A stretch of 47,369 nt of DNA, taken from the NCBI GenBank assembly GCA_000992345.1, contig LBUA01000003.1, positions 1-47,369 of the forward strand. Direction: 5' to 3'. Positions 1 through 8,317 of this stretch are shown here, one piece after another. Numbering within the stretch: the stretch's first letter is position 1; each line of letters opens with the position of its first letter. The notes under the pieces are model-generated. The model had not been told where the DNA came from, did not search any database, and saw only the letters and a program-made list of their open reading frames with translations. The translations under genes were made by a program, and so were the position numbers. This stretch comes from Parcubacteria group bacterium GW2011_GWD2_38_12 (GTDB lineage Bacteria; Patescibacteriota; Minisyncoccia; GWC2-36-17).

Positions 1-136
1 CGATGAATTAAGAAAGGCAACCGAGGAAATTATTGGGATTAGGGAAGAGATAGAAAAATCGGACTTTAAATGCTCTGACCACATCTTTTGCCAGAATAAC
101 TGCGAATATTCACTTCTTTGCCGGGCGTCGGAGTAA
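1..136 (+). CDS. 3' end of a PD-(D/E)XK nuclease-domain protein (AddB/Cas4-like Cys-rich C-terminus; possibly a UvrD fusion), partial
   Basis: Frame from base 2 reads DELRKATEEIIGIREEIEKSDFKCSDHIFCQNNCEYSLLCRASE*; the terminal Cys cluster is typical of Fe-S RecB-family nucleases. Confidence 0.55.
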   Translation, partial: DELRKATEEIIGIREEIEKSDFKCSDHIFCQNNCEYSLLCRASE

Positions 137-140
137 CCGC

Positions 141-476
141 TTAAAGTTTTAAGTCGAATATCCCCAATTGTCCTTTGACCGGAACAATCGGATTTATCGG
201 TCGAATGTTTTTTAAAAACCAACTGTGAGCTCTGGGGTAAACCTTGATACAAGCTTTCCTTTCGTGTTCTTTTTTCATCGGTTCAATCCGGTAAAGTTCT
301 ACAATACAAAGAGCATATCCGGCAGGATGGATATCTGGTTTTTTAGAAGAACAAATAACCAAATCGCCCCGGTAATTTGTCGTCCATTTTCTTGTTTCAA
401 TAGTTTTCTTGCCGGTGGCAACCAAATTGGCCCAAGGTTGTTTAAGGGAGATTGCTTTATAAATCATAGAAACCAT
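141..476 (-). CDS. ASCH domain protein
   Basis: AISLKQPWA..GKKTIETRKW..YRG and VKGQLGIF motifs; the start may be the second Met (467). Confidence 0.9.
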   Translation of the reverse strand: MVSMIYKAISLKQPWANLVATGKKTIETRKWTTNYRGDLVICSSKKPDIHPAGYALCIVELYRIEPMKKEHERKACIKVYPRAHSWFLKNIRPINPIVPVKGQLGIFDLKL

Positions 477-730
477 TTTACGAAAGTTCCCGGAGATACT
501 GTTTTTGAAGGATGTTCCGGTGGTTCCGGTGGTTATCGCTATAATTTATATCCTGCTGGCAGTAATGGCTGCGATTTATCCAGGGGGAAATTTTATATTT
601 TAGGTGTTACTAATATGGAGTCTGTATCGGGCCAACATCTCCAAAGTCCGGGATTTAAAGAGTGCGGTTTTGATTGGTATTCAGCTGGTTTTGAGTGGTA
701 TGCCGGATCCTTTGAAAAATGATTATTGAT

Positions 731-765
731 AATTAGTAACTAGCGATTAGGAGTTAAGAATCAGT
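731..765 (+). repeat. Degenerate heptamer tandem array before gatA
   Basis: aattagt aactagc gattagg agttaag aatcagt. Confidence 0.6.
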
Positions 766-767
766 AA

Positions 768-2186
768 ATGGCGAATTTAGAAAGTTTTACAATCAAAAAA
801 GCCATAGATAGCTTAAAGAAAAAAGAATTTTCCGCAGTTGAATTGGCGAGAGAAGTATTGGCGAATATCAAAAAAACCGATGATAGAATCGGCGCTTATT
901 TATCGGCGCTGGAAGATTCTGCGTTAGCTCAAGCAAAAGAAGCCGATAGTCAAATTGCCAAGAGCGAGTATTTTGATTTATTGGGAATACCCCTTGCCAT
1001 AAAAGACAATATCTTAATCAAAGGGGAAAAATGCACGGCTGGTTCTAAAATTTTGGAAAATTATACGGCTTTATATGATGCGACCGTTATTAAAAAATTG
1101 CGAATGCAATACGCGGTTTTTTTAGGGAAAACCAATATGGACGAATTCGCCATGGGTTCTTCCACGGAAAACTCGGCTTTTCAAAAAACCAAAAATCCCC
1201 AAGATTTAGAACGTGTGCCGGGGGGTTCTTCTGGCGGTTCGGCCGCGGCTGTCGCCTCCAATCAATGTCTGGGAGCTTTAGGTTCGGATACGGGCGGGTC
1301 TATTCGCCAGCCGGCGGCATTTTGCGGAATAGTGGGATTCAAACCGACATATGGCGCTGTATCGCGTTACGGTCTTATGGCTATGGCTTCTTCCCTTGAT
1401 CAGATTGGTCCCTTGGCGAAAACCGTGGAGGACGCGGAAATTTTATTTAACGCGATTTGCGGAAAAGACAGAATGGATGCCACTTCGGTTCACTATGGAG
1501 AATTAAAATTGCCGATTAAAAAAATAAATCAAATGACGATTGGTGTGCCCAAAGAATATTTTGACAAAGGATTGGATGAGCGAATCGCGGATAAAGTGAT
1601 GGCGGCGATTAAAAAATTTGAACAAGCCGGAGCAAAAATAAAAGAGATTAGCTTGCCGTATTCAAAATATGCAATTGCCGTGTATTATATTATAATGCCG
1701 TCGGAAGTTTCTTCCAATTTGGCAAGGTATGACGGCATTAAGTACGGTTTTTCAAGGCAAGAAGGGGATTTAATAGATGTTTATCTGAATTCTCGCGATC
1801 AAGGTTTTGGACCAGAAGTAAAGAGGCGCATAATGCTCGGCACTTATGCGTTATCTGCCGGATATTATGATGCTTATTATTTGAAAGCGCAAAAAATTCG
1901 CGCAAAAATCAAGGGGGATTTTGATGAGGCATTTAAAGATGTTGATTTGATTATGGGACCGGTAACCCCAAATCTGCCGTTTAAGTTCGGAGAAAAAACA
2001 GAAAATCCTCTTTCAATGTATTTGGAAGATATTTATACTGTTCCGGTGAATTTGGCGGGGCTCCCGGCGATGTCACTGCCTTGCGGAAAGATTGGGGATT
2101 TGCCAGTGGGGCTCCAGATTATTGGGAAACATTTTGATGAAGGAACAATTTTTGAAGCAGGGAAATTCTATGAGCAGAGTTTATAA
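768..2186 (+). CDS. gatA: Asp-tRNA(Asn)/Glu-tRNA(Gln) amidotransferase subunit A
   Basis: Amidase signature GGSSGGSAAAVA, GSDTGGSIRQPA, GKTNMDEFAMGSSTE, RRIMLGTYALSAGYYDAYY. Confidence 0.97.
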   Translation: MANLESFTIKKAIDSLKKKEFSAVELAREVLANIKKTDDRIGAYLSALEDSALAQAKEADSQIAKSEYFDLLGIPLAIKDNILIKGEKCTAGSKILENYTALYDATVIKKLRMQYAVFLGKTNMDEFAMGSSTENSAFQKTKNPQDLERVPGGSSGGSAAAVASNQCLGALGSDTGGSIRQPAAFCGIVGFKPTYGAVSRYGLMAMASSLDQIGPLAKTVEDAEILFNAICGKDRMDATSVHYGELKLPIKKINQMTIGVPKEYFDKGLDERIADKVMAAIKKFEQAGAKIKEISLPYSKYAIAVYYIIMPSEVSSNLARYDGIKYGFSRQEGDLIDVYLNSRDQGFGPEVKRRIMLGTYALSAGYYDAYYLKAQKIRAKIKGDFDEAFKDVDLIMGPVTPNLPFKFGEKTENPLSMYLEDIYTVPVNLAGLPAMSLPCGKIGDLPVGLQIIGKHFDEGTIFEAGKFYEQSL

Positions 2187-2187
2187 A

Positions 2188-2268
2188 AACAATTGACGAT
2201 TGACAATTGACAATTGACTAAATTCAGTCAAATGTTAAATGTTTATAGTCAAATGTACGCGAAGCGTG
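2188..2268 (+). repeat. Dispersed ~80-bp heptamer fold-back element, copy 1
   Basis: (aattgac)x4-taaattca-(gtcaaat)-like x4-acgcgaagcgt; aligns ungapped with 9785-9863 (71/79 by hand count). Confidence 0.9.
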
Positions 2269-2793
2269 TATCCGTTTGATTACAATTTATTTCTAGATTT
2301 TTTTTATTCGGAAACTTGGGAACAAATAATTTTTTGGATTAAATTATTTTCCGGAGTTTTTTCAGCTGTTTTATTTATTGGCATAGTAATTTTAGGCATT
2401 AAAACCAAAAAGTTTTGGGAAAGAATAGGTAATTTAGTCCAAACAATTGAAGCTGTGCATGAAATAAAGGGCAAAGAAAAAATGACAAAAAAATGGCAGG
2501 AGATTGTGGCTAAATCCAAATCACATATAGAATCGGACCACAGATTATCCATTATTGAGGCCGATAAATTAATGGACGAGCTTTTAAAAAATATGGGTTT
2601 TAAGGGTCGCGATATGGGGGAAAGATTAAAGGGGGTGAATCAAAATCAAATTTCCAATATCAATGAAATCTGGCAGGCCCATAAAATCAGAAATAATTTG
2701 GTGCACGATGTTTATTTTAAACCAGCGCACAGCGATACGGAATTTGTCATTAAAACCTACGAGAACACCCTGAAAGAGGTGGGGGTGTTGTAA
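2239..2793 (+). CDS. Conserved hypothetical single-TM protein
   Basis: N-terminal TM, then IIEADKLMDELLK..G..GERLK and WQAHKIRNNLVH; the annotated ATG lies inside the repeat, so the true start may be GTG 2266. Confidence 0.75.
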   Translation: MFIVKCTRSVYPFDYNLFLDFFYSETWEQIIFWIKLFSGVFSAVLFIGIVILGIKTKKFWERIGNLVQTIEAVHEIKGKEKMTKKWQEIVAKSKSHIESDHRLSIIEADKLMDELLKNMGFKGRDMGERLKGVNQNQISNINEIWQAHKIRNNLVHDVYFKPAHSDTEFVIKTYENTLKEVGVL

Positions 2794-2815
2794 TGAAAAT
2801 TTAAGATATAAAAAT

Positions 2816-3664
2816 TTGCAGAAATTTTTACAATATTTCAAAACAGAATTATTTTTGCAGGAATTAGCGCTATTTTCCATTGCCCAGTTTTTGGGTATTT
2901 TTTTAGCAAGAAGAGTGGATTGGGTGATGGCGGGGGCGCAAATCACGGCAGAGCAAATATCGGTGTCTGATTTTGTAATTTATTTTTTGATTGGCACTGT
3001 TTTGATTTTCGCCTTATCTCAAAAATCAAGAATATCGGGATTTTTGATGAATATATTTTTTGTGTTTACTTTATTTTTGGGAGCTAGTTTTTTCTTTTCC
3101 TTCTTCATAAATCAAGCGTCGGCTTTTTATTTTTCTGTTGCTTTAATCATAGCTAGATTTGTCTTCCCGTCTATTTTTCTACATAATTTTTTATTTTTGC
3201 TTTCTATTTCTTCTTTTTCAAGTATTTTGGCCCTGCAAATGACGCCGACAGTCATAGTTATTTTGCTTGCCGCTTTGGCGGTTTACGATATTGTTTCCGT
3301 ATATTTGACCGGACATATGGTAAAAATGGCAAAAACCATGATAGAGAGGCATTTGATTTTTGGGTTTATTATACCTGAGAAAATTAAATATAATTTTTGG
3401 GGTGTTCAAAAAGCCAAACCCGGGCAAGGGGTTGTGTTTCTTGGCGGAGGAGATGTTGGTTTGCCTATTTTTCTTGTGGCCAATGTCGCGGCTTCTAATT
3501 TGACCGGTGGAATAATTGTTGCCTTGTTTGCCGTATTGGGGATGATTTTAAGTTATTATTTGTTTGTATCGCAAAAATTCAAGAAACCAATGCCGGCCTT
3601 GCCTCCGATATCAATGATGACTATCTTGGGTTATTTAATTATTCAGGTTTTGGGATGGTTATAA
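2816..3664 (+). CDS. Presenilin/SPP-family (A22-like) intramembrane aspartyl protease
   Basis: Multi-TM; YD motif (AVYDIVSV), GxGD motif (LGGGDV) and PALP motif in the canonical order. Confidence 0.88.
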   Translation: MQKFLQYFKTELFLQELALFSIAQFLGIFLARRVDWVMAGAQITAEQISVSDFVIYFLIGTVLIFALSQKSRISGFLMNIFFVFTLFLGASFFFSFFINQASAFYFSVALIIARFVFPSIFLHNFLFLLSISSFSSILALQMTPTVIVILLAALAVYDIVSVYLTGHMVKMAKTMIERHLIFGFIIPEKIKYNFWGVQKAKPGQGVVFLGGGDVGLPIFLVANVAASNLTGGIIVALFAVLGMILSYYLFVSQKFKKPMPALPPISMMTILGYLIIQVLGWL

Positions 3665-3751
3665 ATTAGCGAGCTGTTGCATTTTTAAGGGGTGAGAGTA
3701 AAATTAAAGTATAAAACAGGTTCAGTGTTAGCTTCTGTCTTTTAGAAATTT

Positions 3752-3786
3752 ACTAAAAACTAGAAACTAAAAACTAGAAACTAATT
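3752..3786 (+). repeat. Heptamer tandem array before the ferredoxin gene
   Basis: actaaaa actagaa actaaaa actagaa actaatt. Confidence 0.8.
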
Positions 3787-3789
3787 AAA

Positions 3790-4194
3790 ATGGCAGAAAA
3801 TATCGAAGAGAATGAATATATACCGGTCGCCAGCTTGGAAGATTTTACCGGTAAAATCAAAGTTGAAGTGCAAAACGAAGAGCTTCTTATCATTAATGTT
3901 AGAGGGGAAATTTATGCTATCTCCGACAGATGCGGTCATATGGGAGTCTCCCTTTTTTATGGAGAGCTTGATGGTTATAACATAGAATGCCCATTGCACG
4001 GAACGCAATTTAACGTGCAGACAGGTGAAGTTGCGAATCTTGAAAGCAGGAAACCAAAATTAAAATTTTTAAAAGATGATCTTGATGCCCTGTTAAAAGG
4101 ATTGGGTTTACCGCTTGTTAAAATAAAGCCGCTTAAAATTTATAAAGTGAAGGTTGAAAATGGAGTAATTAAAGTCAAGATGCCCAAGGTATAA
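3790..4194 (+). CDS. Rieske [2Fe-2S] ferredoxin
   Basis: CGH...CPLH ligand motifs. Confidence 0.92.
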   Translation: MAENIEENEYIPVASLEDFTGKIKVEVQNEELLIINVRGEIYAISDRCGHMGVSLFYGELDGYNIECPLHGTQFNVQTGEVANLESRKPKLKFLKDDLDALLKGLGLPLVKIKPLKIYKVKVENGVIKVKMPKV

Positions 4195-4220
4195 AATTTT
4201 TAAAAAATCACCAATTATTA

Positions 4221-4249
4221 GACACCTCCGATATAAAATCGGAGGTGTT
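4221..4249 (+). terminator. Stem-loop, probable intrinsic terminator
   Basis: gacacctccgat-ataaa-atcggaggtgtt; U-tract weak. Confidence 0.55.
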
Positions 4250-4283
4250 GAGTTTTACGCTAGACTTGGATAGTATTTGAATA

Positions 4284-5459
4284 ATGAAAAAAATAGTTAT
4301 TATTCATTATCACGAAATAGCCTTAAAGGGGCGTAATCGCGCCTTTTTTGAGAATGTTCTTTTGGAAAATATTAAATTATCATTAAGGTCCGAAAAAGTT
4401 GACGATATTTTCAGGGTCTACGGAAGAATTATTGTCAGATTAAACGCCGACTCACGCATTGATTCAATTATAATAAAACTGGAAAAAGTCTTTGGGATTG
4501 CTTATTTTGCTGTTGGGTTTAAGGGATCAAGGGATTTAGAGGCGTTAAAAGGAGATATATGGGAAACATTAAAAAATGAAGAATTTGAATCTTTTCGGAT
4601 AACGACAAAAAGAGGCGACAAATCTTTCAAATACAGTTCTCAAGAAACGGATAAAATAATCGGTTCCCATGTCTGGCAGAAAATTGAAGAAGCCGGCAGG
4701 AAACCGAAAGTTGATTTAGAAAATTTTGACATCAATATCGTGATAGAAATATCCAGCCAAGGAACATTTTTCTATTTTAAAAAAATAAAAGGTCTTTCTG
4801 GTTTTCCTCCGGGAACTTCCGGCAAGGTAGTTTCTTTAATATCCGGAGGATTTGATTCGCCTGTGGCTACCTGGAAAATAATGCGTCGCGGAGCGGAGGT
4901 TATTTTTGTTCATTTTCACAGTTATCCGTCAACATCATTGGCATCCAAAGAAAATGTTAGAGAAATTATAAAAATTCTTACGCAATATCAATTTTATTCT
5001 AAAGCATATTTTGTGCCGTTTCTGGATATACAAAAATCAATAATGTTGAATTGCGAGCAGTCTTTTGGCGTGATTTTATATCGTCGGTTTATGATGCGTA
5101 TCGCGGAAAAAATTGCGAAGAATGAAAACGCGAAAGCGCTTATAACTGGAGATTCTTTGGGTCAAGTTGCTTCGCAAACATTGGAAAATATTGCAGTTGT
5201 TTCCAGCGCTATTGATTTGCCTATTTTGAGACCATTAATAGGAGAAAATAAAGAGGATATAATAAAGTTATCTCAAGAAATCGGAACCTTTGATATTTCT
5301 TCAAGACCGGTTGAGGATTGCTGCAGTTTATTTGTGCCAAAACACCCAAAAACGAAAGCCAGAGTGGAGGATGTTATGGAGATGGAAAAGAAATTGGATA
5401 TTGATGAGCTTATCAGAAGCGCTTTAGATAAAACAGAAGCAGAGATTTTTGATATCTAG
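4284..5459 (+). CDS. thiI: tRNA 4-thiouridine(8) synthase, short form without rhodanese domain
   Basis: EIALKGRNR..FE, THUMP region, PP-loop SGGFDS, TGDSLGQVASQT, LRPL, DCC. Confidence 0.95.
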   Translation: MKKIVIIHYHEIALKGRNRAFFENVLLENIKLSLRSEKVDDIFRVYGRIIVRLNADSRIDSIIIKLEKVFGIAYFAVGFKGSRDLEALKGDIWETLKNEEFESFRITTKRGDKSFKYSSQETDKIIGSHVWQKIEEAGRKPKVDLENFDINIVIEISSQGTFFYFKKIKGLSGFPPGTSGKVVSLISGGFDSPVATWKIMRRGAEVIFVHFHSYPSTSLASKENVREIIKILTQYQFYSKAYFVPFLDIQKSIMLNCEQSFGVILYRRFMMRIAEKIAKNENAKALITGDSLGQVASQTLENIAVVSSAIDLPILRPLIGENKEDIIKLSQEIGTFDISSRPVEDCCSLFVPKHPKTKARVEDVMEMEKKLDIDELIRSALDKTEAEIFDI

Positions 5460-5499
5460 CAATATTTATAAGGTTTATACAATAAAAGGCGCGCGCATT

Positions 5500-7323
5500 T
5501 TATTGATTCTTAGGAAGTTTTACCATATAGGTATTTTTTAGCTTATATCCCAGTTTTCTGTAATAGTTTCTCGCGCCGATTCCGGAGATAACTGCAATTT
5601 TTGAAAAGCCGAATTCTTTCTTTGCGATTTTTTCCGCTTCTTTTATTAATTTTCTTCCAAGGCCCAGGTGCTGCGATTTACCCCCTTTTTTATTTATTTT
5701 TTCCATTTGTCCGTAGGTATGCGCCTCGCGGATGATAGCGGTGTTTTGCAAGATTGGGAAGATGAAAGATGGCAGAATTATCCCGTGAGCGGGTTTGCGG
5801 CCATTTTTGGCATGGTCTCCGCTTAGCAAAGCGGAGCAAAAATGAGACGCATCCTCGGAGCCCGCGGCTGGGCGGGAGAGAATGAGCGAATGGGATAATT
5901 CTGCCATCTTTTCTTCCGTATTATTTATTCTTAATCTCAAAAGCGCGACCAATTTGTCGCTTTTAGTATCCTCAAAAGATAAAAATATCTCCCTTCCGCC
6001 AGAAGCTGAATAGTCTTTTCTTATAAGTTTTAAATTATGAGCTTCGGGTTTCAAGTCTTTTATTTCTCGGCATCTGATGCATCGGCATTGTTTGCCTTCT
6101 TTTGCCATTTCTTTATGAATAATTTCTCGCAAATTGGAAATTTTCCCGCCAGCTTCAATGCTCGGAGTGGGAATATCGCGAATGACGCGGACAACGCGGC
6201 AATATTCCGGAATTTTCGTTTTGGCGTTTTTTAGGATATTTATAATTTGTTTATCGGAATAGGGTTTATATTTGCCATTTTTATATAATATGTAAAGTGG
6301 TGTTCCTTTCAAAACTACGCAAGGATAAATTTTTAGCATATCCGGCTGGAAATCGGGATTTATAAATAATTCTTCAATCATTTTTTCATCACGTTTGGAG
6401 TTTGATCCGGGTAAGCCCAACATAATATGATAATTAATTTTAAACCCGTAATTTTTTAGCAGTTTTGTCGCTAAAATTGTTTCTTTGACGGAGTGTCCGC
6501 GGCTACATTTTTTTAAAATATTGTCATAAATACTTTGGACGCCGAGTTCAACGCGCGTGCATCCGTACTCGCGCATTTTTTTTATTTCTTTTTCATTTAT
6601 CCAGTCCGGCCGCGTTTCTAGCGTTAATCCAATAATCCTGTTTTTCGCCGTTTCATTTTTCTTTTGCGCGGCATCTAATCTTTTTAGTAAGTTTTTAATT
6701 TTCGCGCTTCTATCAAACTTTTCCTTGTTTTTAGTTTTCAGTTTTATTCGCCACGACGGATTAGTTTGATTTACTGCCTCAAAGCAGCGAAGAATAAACC
6801 AAATCTGATATTTTTCGGGTATTGCTGACCATGTTCCTCCGGCTATAATTAATTCAATCTTATCGGTTTTATGTCCTTGGGCGCAAAGAGACTCCAGGCG
6901 GGATTTTACTTGCCTATAAGGATCAAATTTATTGGTAATCGCGCGCATCACGGCCGGTTCATTGGAAAGATAGCTTTTGGGCATGCCTTTTTCTGTTGGA
7001 CAGTAGATGCATTTTCCCGGACATCCGAAATCCGGAGTGATGACAGTGATTGAGGCGATGCCAGATAATGTTCTGACCCTTTTTTTCAGCAGGATATCTT
7101 CAAGAGCGGAATTGGCTGTAATTTTTCTAGATTGGATGAGTTTGTGATAAACTGAAATGAGATCGGTATTTTTGGGAATACGGCTGGCATCAGTTTGCTC
7201 GGAAACATTTTTTAGGGATTGGCGTTTAATCTGGGAAAACTTAAATCCATTTAGCTTTTTATGCGCTAAAGCGGTAAAAATAATATTTTTTAGAACCCGT
7301 TGATTAATTGATTTATTTGCCAT
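5500..7323 (-). CDS. elp3: Elp3 radical SAM/GNAT tRNA U34 carboxymethyltransferase
   Basis: RTLSG, CPGKCIYCP, MPKSY..EPA, ETRPD, RVELGVQS, KIYP, QHLGLG, VISGIGARNYY. Confidence 0.95.
   Translation of the reverse strand: MANKSINQRVLKNIIFTALAHKKLNGFKFSQIKRQSLKNVSEQTDASRIPKNTDLISVYHKLIQSRKITANSALEDILLKKRVRTLSGIASITVITPDFGCPGKCIYCPTEKGMPKSYLSNEPAVMRAITNKFDPYRQVKSRLESLCAQGHKTDKIELIIAGGTWSAIPEKYQIWFILRCFEAVNQTNPSWRIKLKTKNKEKFDRSAKIKNLLKRLDAAQKKNETAKNRIIGLTLETRPDWINEKEIKKMREYGCTRVELGVQSIYDNILKKCSRGHSVKETILATKLLKNYGFKINYHIMLGLPGSNSKRDEKMIEELFINPDFQPDMLKIYPCVVLKGTPLYILYKNGKYKPYSDKQIINILKNAKTKIPEYCRVVRVIRDIPTPSIEAGGKISNLREIIHKEMAKEGKQCRCIRCREIKDLKPEAHNLKLIRKDYSASGGREIFLSFEDTKSDKLVALLRLRINNTEEKMAELSHSLILSRPAAGSEDASHFCSALLSGDHAKNGRKPAHGIILPSFIFPILQNTAIIREAHTYGQMEKINKKGGKSQHLGLGRKLIKEAEKIAKKEFGFSKIAVISGIGARNYYRKLGYKLKNTYMVKLPKNQ
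5765..5911. mobile_element. MITE-like element with 20-bp terminal inverted repeats, in frame within elp3
   Basis: aaagatggcagaattatccc (5765-5784) / gggataattctgccatcttt (5892-5911); GC-rich interior; 147 bp = 49 codons. Confidence 0.75.
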
Positions 7324-8140
7324 GGAAAAAGAAACCGTTAAATATTTAATAAAAAAAACCCTTTCTAATTATTCAAGTATCGCCGCAGATTTTGACAGGA
7401 CCAGGGGATTTTCTTGGCGGATTATGCAAGAATTTGCCAAATTTGTAAAGCCGGGGGATGTGGTGCTGGATTTTGGTTGTGGCAACGGCCGATTGTTGGA
7501 TTCACTGGAAATAGAAAACATAGTTTATAAGGGCGTGGATCCCGTGCCGGAATTTATCAATATTGCTCGTCAAAAATATCAGGATGTTACTGCTTTTGAT
7601 CAATCGGCTCGAGGACTGGCGATAAAAACAAAAAGAAGCATGGAATTTAAAGTTATGGATTTTGATGTTGATGATTTCAAGATAGATTTTCCCGATAAAT
7701 ATTTTAATCATATTTTTGCAATTGCCGTTTTCCATCACTTGCCGTCACGCGAGTTGAGAAAAAATGTTTTGAAAGAATTTAAGAGAATCCTGAAAGACGA
7801 CGGGTGTATCTTTATTTCTGTCTGGAATTTGTGGCAAGGAAAACATCTTTTTGAGATTTTAAAGTTTTTTTTAATGAAAATTTCTGGTAAAATAATAGGA
7901 GGAAGATTTTTAAGGGGATGGTATGATGGCGTGTCTGTTGCAGATTTGGATTCCGGAGATTTGTTTATTGATTACACCACTACGGATAAAAATATTGTAG
8001 TTCGTCGTTATCATCACGCATTTTGCAAAAAGGGGATATCGGATATGGCCAAAGACGCAGGATTGCGACCCCAAAAAATCTTTTATGATCATAAGGGATT
8101 TAATATTTGCGCGATCATAAGGGCTTCGTCCAAAATTTGA
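7322..8140 (+). CDS. Class I SAM methyltransferase, Trm9/ALKBH8-like
   Basis: Y..IA..FD.TR...W, LDFGCGNG, IAVFHHL....R...LKE..R.LK..G...ISVW, RYHH.F. Confidence 0.8.
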   Translation: MEKETVKYLIKKTLSNYSSIAADFDRTRGFSWRIMQEFAKFVKPGDVVLDFGCGNGRLLDSLEIENIVYKGVDPVPEFINIARQKYQDVTAFDQSARGLAIKTKRSMEFKVMDFDVDDFKIDFPDKYFNHIFAIAVFHHLPSRELRKNVLKEFKRILKDDGCIFISVWNLWQGKHLFEILKFFLMKISGKIIGGRFLRGWYDGVSVADLDSGDLFIDYTTTDKNIVVRRYHHAFCKKGISDMAKDAGLRPQKIFYDHKGFNICAIIRASSKI

Positions 8141-8178
8141 AGTTTTTAGAGCGAGCAAATTTTGGCTACGAAACCTTA

Positions 8179-8255
8179 CCCTGTTAAATAACTTTGATTT
8201 TTTCAAAAATCAAAGTTAAAATTTGAAGGATATGTTCAAATTTTATTTAACAGGG
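8179..8255. repeat. Three-way-junction palindromic element with 13-bp terminal inverted repeats
   Basis: ccctgttaaataa / ttatttaacaggg enclosing two hairpins (8190-8217, 8218-8244). Confidence 0.8.
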
Positions 8256-8317
8256 CGCTCATTGTTGTAGCTAAATTTATTACGCTATACAATGTCCGCT
8301 CATAAATTTAGACAACA

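Noticed and set aside
601-603. Stop-codon reassignment
   Set aside because: Conserved genes end normally at TAA, TAG and TGA
225-722. 165-aa + strand ORF
   Set aside because: Antisense to the ASCH gene over half its length; no recognisable motifs
5765-5911. Intein or group I/II intron in elp3
   Set aside because: No Cys/Ser...His-Asn splice motifs; too short and lacking intron core motifs
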